Source: a virus (lineage: Duplodnaviria; Caudoviricetes). From it: a stretch of 45,134 nt of DNA. Of this stretch, positions 28,292-36,830 are shown in pieces. A program made the translations under genes and the position numbers. The stretch is from the IMG/VR virus record IMGVR_UViG_3300032373_000031, positions 1-45,134 of that record; one strand, written 5' to 3'. The notes beneath the pieces are model-generated. The model saw only the letters and a list, made by a program, of their open reading frames with translations. It searched no databases and had not been told where the DNA came from. Numbering within the stretch: the first letter of the stretch is position 1; each line of letters begins with the position of its first letter.

Positions 28292-28530
28292 TGCCAAAAT
28301 TCTATACAATTGCTGCACTAGCTGTACTGCTAACAGCTTGCGCGCCTGAGATCAGGGACACCCGTGTGTACAAAGTTACAGGGGTGGAAGCCTACGGTAC
28401 TTATACAGACAAACCCCACTATGTGTACACTGTGACAGACGGGGGTAACTTTGCGACTATGTATTACCGGACTACTGAGGTGTATGAGGTGGGCTCTACA
28501 ATCACATTGGAGGTAACGCCTAGTGAATGA
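28288..28530 (+). CDS. Small predicted lipoprotein
   Basis: Signal peptide plus lipobox LLTA-C; beta-rich body. Confidence 0.65.
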   Translation: MMPKFYTIAALAVLLTACAPEIRDTRVYKVTGVEAYGTYTDKPHYVYTVTDGGNFATMYYRTTEVYEVGSTITLEVTPSE

Positions 28531-30214
28531 ACCGCACAGTAAGAAGATGCACCAGCCCTGCCCTTGCGGCGACAGCAGCGATGCCTTCACCCAATTCTTT
28601 AATGAAGACGGCAATGTGACTGGTGGTAAGTGTCACTCAGGTAAGTGTGGCAGTAAGTTTTTTAAGCAGTCAGAGCTATCCGACTATGAAGCAGGAGAGG
28701 CACCGAGAGTGACAGAGAAGAAACAAGTAGACCCGGCAGAACTACCCATAGGACAGTACCGTACGTGGAGAGGTATACCTGCAGAAATTTGCAAGCAGTA
28801 CGATATGTCTCTAGCCAAGGATGATGTAGCTGTATGTTACGGGTACCGTAATGCTGAGGGTGTGCGTATAGCTACTAAGACTAAGCACGCTAAGCTTAAT
28901 CCATCTGGTAAGAAGAACATTAAAGCTGACGGTGATATGTCTGTAAATGGTCTGTTGCTGTACGGTGAGCATCTGTTTAAAGCTGGTGGCAAGTACGTTA
29001 CTATCTATGAGGGTGAGGATGATGCAGCTAGTGGCTACACTATCCATAACAAGATGGGGGTACACGTATCCATTACACACGGTGCAGGTAGTGCAGAGGC
29101 CCAGTGTCGCAACAGAATGGAGTGGCTGAACACCTTTGAGAATATCATTATATGCTTTGACGCGGACAAAGAAGGTCGCAAGGCAGCAGCAGCAGTGGCT
29201 AAGGTATTCCCCGGCAAGGCTAAGATTGTCAACCTGACTAAGTACAAGGATGCTAACGACTACCTAGTTAACAATGCTCGTAAGGATTTCGTACAAGAGT
29301 GGTGGAATGCTGATGCACCCAAGATTGAAGGTGTTGCTGGTAGTGCTAGTGACTGGCTTGAAGCATCACAGGTTAAGCCTGTCCCCGGTGTTGACCTTAT
29401 CTGGTCACAGTTGAATAAGATTACCAGAGGTGTACGCCCCGGTGAGATATGGACATTTGGTGGTGGCACTAAGCTGGGCAAGTCAGAGGTATTGAAGCGC
29501 CTAGCTTACGGTCTTGTTGCAGATCAGGGTGCCAAGGTAGGTATGGTTATGCTTGAGGAGAAAGACACACGCACAATGCAGTGTCTAATGGGTCAGCACC
29601 TACGTAACAGGTACTACATTGAAGGTAACGAGTGGCCTAGTGCCGATGAACTAGAGGCAGCAGCTAATGTATTTGGCGGCAACGTGTTCATTGATACTGA
29701 CAGAAACTCTGACTTTGATGCAGTACAGGCTAAGATTGAGTATATGGTACGTGGGCTAGGGTGTAAGTACATCATGCTTGACCACCTTACTGCTATTGCA
29801 GAGGGTAAGAAGGGCGATGTTAACTCTATCCTGCACGAGACATTCGAGAAACTGAACCACATGGTAGTGCGAGATGAGTTCTCCATCTTCGCCATTAGTC
29901 ACCTTAATCAGTCACAGAATAAGAACCATGAAGAAGGTGCTAGGGCAACACTGCGAGACTTCTACGGCTCCGGTGCTATCAAACAACGTAGCAACTTTGT
30001 CTTTGGTTTTGAAGGAGACTTGCAAGGCCAAGCTATACCGGCTAACCACAGAGTACTACGTTGCCTAGCTGACCGTAATGCTGGTGATGGTGGTGGTAAG
30101 TGTGTTAACCTTGAGTACGATGTAGACGAGGGAGTACTTGAAGAGGTAGAACTAGATCAATCAGACTACCCTCAATCAGGAGAAGACAATGAAGAACTAT
30201 TTGGAGATCAGTGA
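28523..30214 (+). CDS. T7 gp4-like primase-helicase
   Basis: Zn-binding CPCGDSSDA..CHSGKC, TOPRIM EGEDDA/FDAD, Walker A GGTKLGKS, MLDHL, SHL, GSGAIKQ. Confidence 0.95.
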   Translation: MNEPHSKKMHQPCPCGDSSDAFTQFFNEDGNVTGGKCHSGKCGSKFFKQSELSDYEAGEAPRVTEKKQVDPAELPIGQYRTWRGIPAEICKQYDMSLAKDDVAVCYGYRNAEGVRIATKTKHAKLNPSGKKNIKADGDMSVNGLLLYGEHLFKAGGKYVTIYEGEDDAASGYTIHNKMGVHVSITHGAGSAEAQCRNRMEWLNTFENIIICFDADKEGRKAAAAVAKVFPGKAKIVNLTKYKDANDYLVNNARKDFVQEWWNADAPKIEGVAGSASDWLEASQVKPVPGVDLIWSQLNKITRGVRPGEIWTFGGGTKLGKSEVLKRLAYGLVADQGAKVGMVMLEEKDTRTMQCLMGQHLRNRYYIEGNEWPSADELEAAANVFGGNVFIDTDRNSDFDAVQAKIEYMVRGLGCKYIMLDHLTAIAEGKKGDVNSILHETFEKLNHMVVRDEFSIFAISHLNQSQNKNHEEGARATLRDFYGSGAIKQRSNFVFGFEGDLQGQAIPANHRVLRCLADRNAGDGGGKCVNLEYDVDEGVLEEVELDQSDYPQSGEDNEELFGDQ

Positions 30215-30792
30215 TGTATATTAGTACGATAGTGGACAGCTTAAATAAAAATAAAGTATCTAAAGTAAAGTACATTATGGACCACCTAGTTACTGGGAGC
30301 TACTTAGCTGGAGGCTCCTTGAGAACTTTTGTGGATACTTCGGAAACCGTATCAGACTATGATCTATTTTTCAAAAGTCAAGCAGCAAGAGACAGGCAGC
30401 TAGAAGTTTTAAAGGGGTTAGGTTTTATTGTTGTTTTTCAATGCCCGCGAGGGGAGCTAACTACTTTGACTTTAGCAAAAACTATTAAAGTACAGTTAAT
30501 CACAAAACGCTTTTATACTGACCATAAAGATTTGCTGGGTAGCTTCGATTTTAATGTTTGTAAAGCCTGTATCACTGAAGGGGTATTATACTTTTCTCGT
30601 GAATTTATTAAGGGAGTGGTTAAAAAGGTACTACTAATAGATCGGGTAGAGTATCCTGTAGCTACTATAAACAGGATAGGTAAGTACCAAGCTAAGGGTT
30701 ACAGGTTAACTCAGGATAATTTAGTAAACTTTATTAATTTGCTAAAGGCCAATGAGTTTAATGAGGAATCTCTAGCCTTGTATATAGATTAA
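30211..30792 (+). CDS. Nucleotidyltransferase (polyA-polymerase/CCA-enzyme head-like)
   Basis: YLAGGSLR..SDYDLFF and SFDFNVC motifs, RIGKYQAKGY. Confidence 0.7.
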   Translation: MMYISTIVDSLNKNKVSKVKYIMDHLVTGSYLAGGSLRTFVDTSETVSDYDLFFKSQAARDRQLEVLKGLGFIVVFQCPRGELTTLTLAKTIKVQLITKRFYTDHKDLLGSFDFNVCKACITEGVLYFSREFIKGVVKKVLLIDRVEYPVATINRIGKYQAKGYRLTQDNLVNFINLLKANEFNEESLALYID

Positions 30793-30803
30793 TTTTACGG
30801 GGC

Positions 30804-30832
30804 TTGACAACCCTACGTTATCAGAGTACAAT
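30804..30832 (+). promoter_or_regulatory. sigma70-type promoter for the polymerase genes
   Basis: TTGACA-N17-TACAAT. Confidence 0.8.
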
Positions 30833-30866
30833 AGTTGTATAGCCAAAGTTATGGAAGGATATTGGA

Positions 30867-31091
30867 ATGGGTAAGTTATCTGTAAGAGTATCAGTGGTGT
30901 TTCTTTTTGTTACATTTCTGTACTCATCAGCGTATGTATTGGGAGAGGTGATACCTGAAGGTTGGTTTGACAAAGCTGAGGAGTATTGGTGGGCCTTCCC
31001 TACAGTCATAGTTGTCTTTGTGTCCCACGTGGTTACGGTGGGCCTAACCTTTATTACTGCAGCTGAAGGTAGATGGGACTGGCATACGTGA
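30867..31091 (+). CDS. Small two-TM membrane protein
   Basis: Two hydrophobic stretches. Confidence 0.6.
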   Translation: MGKLSVRVSVVFLFVTFLYSSAYVLGEVIPEGWFDKAEEYWWAFPTVIVVFVSHVVTVGLTFITAAEGRWDWHT

Positions 31092-31549
31092 GAGTAGTAT
31101 ACGACATTGAAGCTAACGGGTTTACTCCTGATGTAATCTGGTGCGTAGTGTGTTACGACCTCGACACTCAAGAGTACCATGTGTTTACAGAGGCAGATAA
31201 GTTTGTTCTGTTTGCTGCTAATGTAGACACATGGATAGGCCACAATGTTATTAGCTATGACAACTACTGGATAGAGAAGCTATGGGGTTATCACATACCA
31301 GTGTCTAAAGTAGTTGATACAATGGTACTGTCCCGTATGTTCAACAGGTACTGGGTAGACAGAGGTACAAAGAAGACCACCAGTACCCGTAAGAAACATA
31401 GCCTTGCATACTGGGGTGAGCAGCTAGGGTTTCCTAAAGGAGACTTTACTGACTTCAGTATGTACAGTGAAGAGATGCTGCAGTACTGTATCCAAGATGT
31501 CAAGGTGACAACTAAAGTGTACCAGTGCTTAATGAAGGAGAATAGGTGA
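31073..31549 (+). CDS. DNA polymerase 3'-5' exonuclease domain (stand-alone; start may be GTG 31088)
   Basis: ExoI YDIEANG, ExoII GHNVISYD, DTMVLSR, HSLAYWG, ExoIII YCIQDV. Confidence 0.92.
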   Translation: MGLAYVRVVYDIEANGFTPDVIWCVVCYDLDTQEYHVFTEADKFVLFAANVDTWIGHNVISYDNYWIEKLWGYHIPVSKVVDTMVLSRMFNRYWVDRGTKKTTSTRKKHSLAYWGEQLGFPKGDFTDFSMYSEEMLQYCIQDVKVTTKVYQCLMKENR

Positions 31550-31848
31550 TGCCAGAAAGTAGTCCTAAGCAAGTTGCAGTTAACTACACTAAGCTGTCTA
31601 CTAGAGATCGAAGGAAGGTCAGAGAAGCCTACGTTGATGACCAGAAGGGTATGTGTATGTACTGTAAGGGCCCTCTTCTAGAAGAACCATCGGCACATGT
31701 ACTATCTAAAAAGATAAATTGGAACCTGTTTCCTAAATTTTTTATGAACCACCCCGTACATCTACAACACTGCCACAAGACAGGTATGACTGAGGGGGCA
31801 GTACACGCTTATTGCAATGCCGTTCTTTGGCAGTACGAAGGGAGATAA
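31546..31848 (+). CDS. Endonuclease VII-like His-Me (HNH-type) endonuclease, free-standing
   Basis: QKGMCMYC...HLQHCHKTGMTEGAVHAYCNA. Confidence 0.8.
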   Translation: MMPESSPKQVAVNYTKLSTRDRRKVREAYVDDQKGMCMYCKGPLLEEPSAHVLSKKINWNLFPKFFMNHPVHLQHCHKTGMTEGAVHAYCNAVLWQYEGR

Positions 31849-31849
31849 A

Positions 31850-33169
31850 ATGCCTCAACATAGCCCCTTCTCAATTAAGCTAGAGATGGCTACTCAGGAG
31901 ATACTCAGCAGGCAAGTGCGTAATGGCTTTAAGCTAGACATGCGTAAGTCTTCTGAGTTACTGGCTGAGGTACAGGATGAGGTAGAGAAGTCTGAAGCTT
32001 CTATACGTGAGCACTTCAAGCCTGCCCCTAAACTTATACGAGAGTATTATCCAAAGGTAACTAAAGATGGAACAAGCCACGCTAAGAATACGTTGGGTCC
32101 GCTTAGGGAAAAGTACGGCAGTGAGTACGGTGGAGACCCTTACAGTGCTATTGAGTGGGTGCCTTTTAATCTGCGTAGCCCCTCTCAAGTTGTTGGGAGA
32201 CTTGATAGATACTGGAAGCCGACTGTGCTCACTCCTGCTGGCAACCCTAAAGTATGTGAAGAAAACTTGGCTACCCTTTCTAGCGAAGCTCCTGAGAGTG
32301 TTAAAGGAATCGCAAGACATAGGATACTCACGTCCAGAGCAGACAACATACAAGGATGGCTCTCAGCAGTAGACGAGGATAGTCGTGTACGTGGTATGAT
32401 CTGGCACATAGGTGCATGGACACACCGCAATAGTCATTCAGACCCTAACATGGCTAACATACCGGGCGTCTACACTAAGACAGGTGAGATAGCTTTGTAC
32501 GGTAGGGAGTGTCGGGAGTGTTGGACTGTCGATGAAGGTAAAGTATTAGTAGGAACAGACGCCAGTGGTATCCAGCTTCGTGTGCTTGCTCATTATATTA
32601 ATAATCCAGCTTATACGGAAGCAGTGGTAACAGACATCCACTCCTTTAATGCTGAGATACTGGGGTGTGAACGTAGTGTAGCTAAGACTTTCATCTATGC
32701 TTGGCTGCTAGGTGCTGGTGTAGCTAGGATTGCAGCTATCCTTAACTGCTCCCACAAGGATGCAGTGTTTGAGCGGGACAGGTTCATTGGTAACACTCCG
32801 GGACTAGCAGAGTTCCTACAACGTAAGTCAGCAATAGCAGACAGAGGGTACCTAGTAGGGTTAGACGGTAGAATTATATGGATACCTAATGATCACCTAG
32901 CACTAGCTGGTTTTCTACAGGGTGGCGAGGCAGTTATCATGCGCTTAGCTAACCTGCTGTGGGACAAGGAAGCCACACGTAGGGAGCTTGACTACATGCA
33001 AGTAGCTATGGTACACGATGAGTGGCAGAGTGAGCTACTAAAGGAACACTCTGAAGAGTTCGGTGCGCTGCAGGTAGACAGCTTTGCTAAGGCTAGTACT
33101 ATGCTGAAACTAAACGTACCCCTAACAGGAGAAACAAACTATGGTAGAAACTGGGCAGAAACTCACTGA
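31850..33169 (+). CDS. Family A DNA polymerase, polymerase domain
   Basis: GGAG RBS then ATG 31850; motif A DASGIQLR, motif B KTFIYAWLLG, motif C VHDE. Confidence 0.95.
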   Translation: MPQHSPFSIKLEMATQEILSRQVRNGFKLDMRKSSELLAEVQDEVEKSEASIREHFKPAPKLIREYYPKVTKDGTSHAKNTLGPLREKYGSEYGGDPYSAIEWVPFNLRSPSQVVGRLDRYWKPTVLTPAGNPKVCEENLATLSSEAPESVKGIARHRILTSRADNIQGWLSAVDEDSRVRGMIWHIGAWTHRNSHSDPNMANIPGVYTKTGEIALYGRECRECWTVDEGKVLVGTDASGIQLRVLAHYINNPAYTEAVVTDIHSFNAEILGCERSVAKTFIYAWLLGAGVARIAAILNCSHKDAVFERDRFIGNTPGLAEFLQRKSAIADRGYLVGLDGRIIWIPNDHLALAGFLQGGEAVIMRLANLLWDKEATRRELDYMQVAMVHDEWQSELLKEHSEEFGALQVDSFAKASTMLKLNVPLTGETNYGRNWAETH

Positions 33170-33314
33170 CGACACGCCTCCTGAGCGTAAGTGTTTCCAC
33201 TGTACGATACCCTTGGACATTGACGAAGAAGAGTTGTGCGTGCGGTGTTGGTACACTTCTATGGAAGAGGATAACCATAGGTCTATTTTGAAGGAGTGTG
33301 GATATGACTATTGA
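33141..33314 (+). CDS. Small Zn-finger-like protein (57 aa; CFHC...CVRC)
   Basis: Translated by hand; AGGAG RBS; overlaps the pol 3' end. Confidence 0.6.
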   Translation: MVETGQKLTDDTPPERKCFHCTIPLDIDEEELCVRCWYTSMEEDNHRSILKECGYDY

Positions 33315-33630
33315 GATGGCAGAGGTGATGGGTTTCTTAGTATACGTTTATGACCCCCTAACTGACTTGAAAGAAGCTGAGGAGCTTATAGAAAAGTACT
33401 CTAAAGACGATAGATACATTGTCGCTACAGTCAGTGAGATTAAAGGAGTTGGAAGAATTACAGTGGTCCCTAAAACGTTTACAGAACAAGACTTGCCGAA
33501 AGAATTTACGGATGCTCTAAGGCCGACCGATACCTGCTTAATTGAGAACCATTACAAGAGACACCCTGAAGACAGGGGTAAGCCCATGTTACTGTACTGT
33601 GGGTGTAGCAGGTGCTCAGTAACGTGTTAA
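33304..33630 (+). CDS. Hypothetical protein with a Cys-rich C-terminus (CGCSRCSVTC)
   Basis: AAGGAG RBS 7 nt before ATG 33304. Confidence 0.65.
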   Translation: MTIEMAEVMGFLVYVYDPLTDLKEAEELIEKYSKDDRYIVATVSEIKGVGRITVVPKTFTEQDLPKEFTDALRPTDTCLIENHYKRHPEDRGKPMLLYCGCSRCSVTC

Positions 33631-33645
33631 CAGAGGGAATAGACA

Positions 33646-34008
33646 GTGACATATAAGTTAATCGTAGCAGGTAGTAGAGACTTCGAGGATTACTCAGTAG
33701 TTAAAGAAGCTATACGTTTATTTCTACGCGATAACCCTATCGACGGACCAGTACAGATAGTGTCTGGTGGCGCTCAAGGTGTGGACAGACTAGGTGAGAG
33801 ATACGCCAGAGATGAGAGACTTAACCTGCGTGTCATACCTGCCCAGTGGAAGCTGTACGGTAGGTCAGCAGGCCCACTACGTAACAAAGCTATGGCTGAC
33901 TACGCTGATGGGTTGGTTGCAGTGTGGGACGGTGTTAGCAAGGGTACTGACAACATGATTAACACGGCTATACGTAAGGGCTTAGATATTTACGTACATA
34001 CTATTTAA
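33646..34008 (+). CDS. SLOG-family (YspA/DUF2493-like) protein
   Basis: IVAGSRDF, IVSGGAQGVD, AGPLRN..MA, WDG.SKGT..MI. Confidence 0.88.
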   Translation: MTYKLIVAGSRDFEDYSVVKEAIRLFLRDNPIDGPVQIVSGGAQGVDRLGERYARDERLNLRVIPAQWKLYGRSAGPLRNKAMADYADGLVAVWDGVSKGTDNMINTAIRKGLDIYVHTI

Positions 34009-34024
34009 CAAAGGAGAACCTGAG

Positions 34025-34276
34025 ATGGCAGATTGGCAGGATATGTCTACTGCACCTAAAGGGGCTACCCCTGCCCACCCCTGTACAGAGAAGTGGATAC
34101 TAGGGGTAGACCAATGGGGTGGCATGAGGGTAATCCGTTGGTGCCTAGAGTACCCTTGTGATAAAGGAGTATGGATGTTCGCATATGAACCTAACGACTA
34201 CATTGCCGGTATACAGACTTTTAAACCTGTGGCTTGGATGTCACTACCAGAAGCACCAAAGGAGAAACTAAAATGA
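34025..34276 (+). CDS. DUF551-like small phage protein
   Basis: WQDMSTAPK N-terminus and P.AWMSLPEAP C-terminus. Confidence 0.7.
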   Translation: MADWQDMSTAPKGATPAHPCTEKWILGVDQWGGMRVIRWCLEYPCDKGVWMFAYEPNDYIAGIQTFKPVAWMSLPEAPKEKLK

Positions 34277-34470
34277 GTAACAACAACGATGGTACTAACG
34301 TGGTAAACTCCCCTACCCCCGAACCACACATCACTTTTAATGTAGACCAAGCAGTAACAGTGGCTGCACTAATCCAAACAGCGAAGCTACAGGGTGGTCA
34401 AGTGGACGCCTTTAACTCTGTTAAGCAACCTCTACGGAAGTTTCTAGCTGAGCAAGGCATTAATATCTAA
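34273..34470 (+). CDS. Hypothetical protein (65 aa)
   Basis: AAGGAG RBS; ATGA overlap. Confidence 0.65.
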   Translation: MSNNNDGTNVVNSPTPEPHITFNVDQAVTVAALIQTAKLQGGQVDAFNSVKQPLRKFLAEQGINI

Positions 34471-34477
34471 TTAAGTG

Positions 34478-34506
34478 TTGACAGGTTAAAGTATCTGTGA
34501 TACTAT
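34478..34506 (+). promoter_or_regulatory. sigma70-type promoter for ssb and the nuclease genes
   Basis: TTGACA-N17-TACTAT with extended TG. Confidence 0.82.
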
Positions 34507-34540
34507 ATTAGTATAGTTTAAACAAACTGAGAGAAATTAC

Positions 34541-35065
34541 ATGGCTAAAAAGAATTACACCGTTGAGGGTTCAGTTGTAACCACCGCTACCGTATGGTGG
34601 AACAGTATGACTGAAGGTCTTGAGAACAAGATGAATAAGGATAAGCCCTATACTGTTGACTTCTGTAACGTGGCTAAGCAGGCTGAGCTAGAGGCACTAG
34701 GGGTCAACTTTAGTACAGAGAAGACCAAGGGTGTTAACAAAGGTAACCCACACGACTCTGGCACACCTTGGATTACTTCTAAGAGCAAGTTCCCATACGA
34801 CAATATCTTCCACTCTGATCGTAGCAGGTTTACTGCTGATGAGATTAAGACCATCGGTAATGGCTCTGAAGTCAAGGTTAAGATTGTGGTGATTAGTGGT
34901 GACGGTGAGTATGGCCCGTGGATTAGTCCAACACTAAACCAGATGGTTGTAACTAAGCTAGAGAAGTACGAAGGTGCAGGTGCTGACGATGAACTGTTCG
35001 ACGGTATCGACGGAGATGACCTTGATGACAGTACTGACGACCTGTTTGACACAGCAGGAGAGTAG
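34541..35065 (+). CDS. Single-stranded DNA-binding protein (T7 gp2.5-like)
   Basis: IGNGSEVKVK, L...VVTKLEKY, very acidic C-terminal tail. Confidence 0.8.
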   Translation: MAKKNYTVEGSVVTTATVWWNSMTEGLENKMNKDKPYTVDFCNVAKQAELEALGVNFSTEKTKGVNKGNPHDSGTPWITSKSKFPYDNIFHSDRSRFTADEIKTIGNGSEVKVKIVVISGDGEYGPWISPTLNQMVVTKLEKYEGAGADDELFDGIDGDDLDDSTDDLFDTAGE

Positions 35066-35070
35066 AAAAG

Positions 35071-35130
35071 GTTGACACCCCTGTATACAAGTGTCAGCCG
35101 TCTACCCTGAGCACGGTGTAAAACTGCTCA
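35071..35130 (+). other. Hairpin plus small H-type pseudoknot/hairpin after ssb
   Basis: GTTGACAC/GTGTCAGC stem; TGAGCA/TGCTCA stem whose loop GGT can pair with upstream ACC. Confidence 0.45.
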
Positions 35131-35152
35131 CTTATTTATAAAGGAGTGTACA

Positions 35153-35251
35153 ATGGAGTACTTTATAAGTCAGATACTACCGTGTGTAAACTTTACTATT
35201 AGTGTCTTCTGTATTATCTGGATAGTCAATGCTAAGCGAGGGATATTCTGA
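35153..35251 (+). CDS. 32-aa hydrophobic peptide (MEYFISQILPCVNFTISVFCIIWIVNAKRGIF)
   Basis: Translated by hand; AAGGAG RBS; TGATG coupling to the next gene. Confidence 0.6.
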   Translation: MEYFISQILPCVNFTISVFCIIWIVNAKRGIF

Positions 35252-36129
35252 TGCCTAAAACAATAGACACCTTAGTTGATGACATCTATTCTGTACTAAC
35301 AGACAAGATTGAAAGTAACAGCGACAACGAGGCTACCATTGAGCAGTTTGGTAAAGACATGGCTGACATGCTTCGTGCTCGCCTGTACCCTGAAGAGGAA
35401 CGTCGTAGAGGTTTACGCCTATCTGGTGTAGGGCAGTGTGAGACTAAGCAGTACTACTCTAACCAAGAGGGTGCAGAGCCTGAGAAGTTTCATGGTGCTA
35501 CCTTAATGAAGTTCATGCTTGGAGACATAGCAGAGGAAGTACTGCTGACTATGGCTGAGCTAAGCGGTCACGAAGTTACTGGCAAGCAAGATACACTAGA
35601 GATTGAGGGTGTCAAAGGCCATAGAGATGCCGTCATTGATGGGTACACAGTGGACGTTAAGACTGCTAGTGCTAGGGGTTGGATTAAGTTTGCTAATGGG
35701 CAGCTTAAGAATGATGACCCCTTTGGGTACATGCACCAGATTGCCAGTTATACTAAGGCTGACCCGACTACTAAGCAGGATGCAGGGTACTTCTTAGCTA
35801 TGCACAAGGAGCAAGGTAGACTAGCCCTACTTCGTATTGATGAGAGTGAGTTCCCTAATGTTAAGTCAAGGATACACACACTTAAGGAACAGGCAGAGCA
35901 ACCTCATCCACCAGCTAGGCCATACGAGGCAGTGCTGGCTAACAAGGTTGATGACCCTGAGAAGCAGAACTTTAAGCTGCCTATGAACTGCACCTACTGT
36001 GTCCGTAAGTTTACCTGCTGGTCAGACACCAACGATGGGGCAGGGCTACGTAAGTTTAGGTACAGCAATGGCCCGCAGTATCTGACTAAGGTAGGTAAAG
36101 AGCCTAATGTAGAAGAGGAACTGGTGTGA
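35251..36129 (+). CDS. Cas4-like PD-(D/E)XK exonuclease
   Basis: GHRDAVIDG..VDVKTA, Y..QIASY; Cys ligands GQC...CTYC....TCW. Confidence 0.85.
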   Translation: MPKTIDTLVDDIYSVLTDKIESNSDNEATIEQFGKDMADMLRARLYPEEERRRGLRLSGVGQCETKQYYSNQEGAEPEKFHGATLMKFMLGDIAEEVLLTMAELSGHEVTGKQDTLEIEGVKGHRDAVIDGYTVDVKTASARGWIKFANGQLKNDDPFGYMHQIASYTKADPTTKQDAGYFLAMHKEQGRLALLRIDESEFPNVKSRIHTLKEQAEQPHPPARPYEAVLANKVDDPEKQNFKLPMNCTYCVRKFTCWSDTNDGAGLRKFRYSNGPQYLTKVGKEPNVEEELV

Positions 36130-36314
36130 AATTAATTATAAGCCCGAAAGACAATCTAGGTAAGATGGTTTTGGAACCCGTTTCTGGCTTTGCACTAGAG
36201 GGAAGTACTCTGCTTGTTGTGTTTGACGATGGGCGTACTAGGAACTACCCCCTAGCCCACCTTTGGTACTACGAAAGTCACGTAGACTACCACAAAACAG
36301 AGCCTTTGGTATGA
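36126..36314 (+). CDS. Hypothetical protein (62 aa)
   Basis: GTGA overlap; GAGG RBS. Confidence 0.6.
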   Translation: MKLIISPKDNLGKMVLEPVSGFALEGSTLLVVFDDGRTRNYPLAHLWYYESHVDYHKTEPLV

Positions 36315-36475
36315 CTAAGATTGTAGTAAATACTGAGGTGAGGCCCGCTTCCCCCCGCGAACAGTTTATTCGCAAGGTAGAGTCCATAAAAGTTTTATCA
36401 ACTATGTGCTACCTAGAAGGTGTTTTATTCACGGCTGTTGGCCCGGTAGAAAGCACCTTTAATGAAAAAGTATAG
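36311..36475 (+). CDS. Hypothetical protein (54 aa)
   Basis: ATGA overlap at 36311. Confidence 0.5.
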   Translation: MTKIVVNTEVRPASPREQFIRKVESIKVLSTMCYLEGVLFTAVGPVESTFNEKV

Positions 36476-36830
36476 ATCAAAATTTGAGAAGGACTTCCAT
36501 AAACAATACCCCTATCTCCTCTATGAACCACTGCAAGTAGAGTACCAGAGCACACATACGTATACTCCTGACTTTACTTCCAAGTCTAAGCGTACGTGGT
36601 ATGAGTTGAAGGGTAGGTTTAGAACCAGTAGTGAAGCAGCAAAGTACAAGCACATACGAGAGTACCTGCCAAAGGGAGTAACACTTACCTTCGTCTTTAT
36701 GAAGCCTAAGACACCTATGCCGGGAGCAAAGAAGCGTAGAGATGGGACTAAGATGAGCATGGCTGAGTGGGCAGATAAGAATAATTTTACTTGGACTACT
36801 ATGGATAAAATAAAAAGGAGTGGAAAGTAG
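36462..36830 (+). CDS. T7 endonuclease I-like Holliday-junction resolvase
   Basis: YRSKFE, YTPDF, ELKGRF, AEWADKNNF. Confidence 0.9.
   Translation: MKKYRSKFEKDFHKQYPYLLYEPLQVEYQSTHTYTPDFTSKSKRTWYELKGRFRTSSEAAKYKHIREYLPKGVTLTFVFMKPKTPMPGAKKRRDGTKMSMAEWADKNNFTWTTMDKIKRSGK

Noticed and set aside
31546-31849. Group I intron in the polymerase gene
   Set aside because: The ORFs abut or overlap on both sides, leaving no space for a ribozyme core, and the downstream half has its own RBS.
35072-35100. TTGACA at 35072 as a promoter
   Set aside because: No -10 hexamer at 16-18 bp spacing; the hexamer is part of a hairpin stem.
35251-36129. Cas4 as evidence of a phage CRISPR-Cas system
   Set aside because: It is a solo gene in a replication operon with no array, cas1 or cas2.
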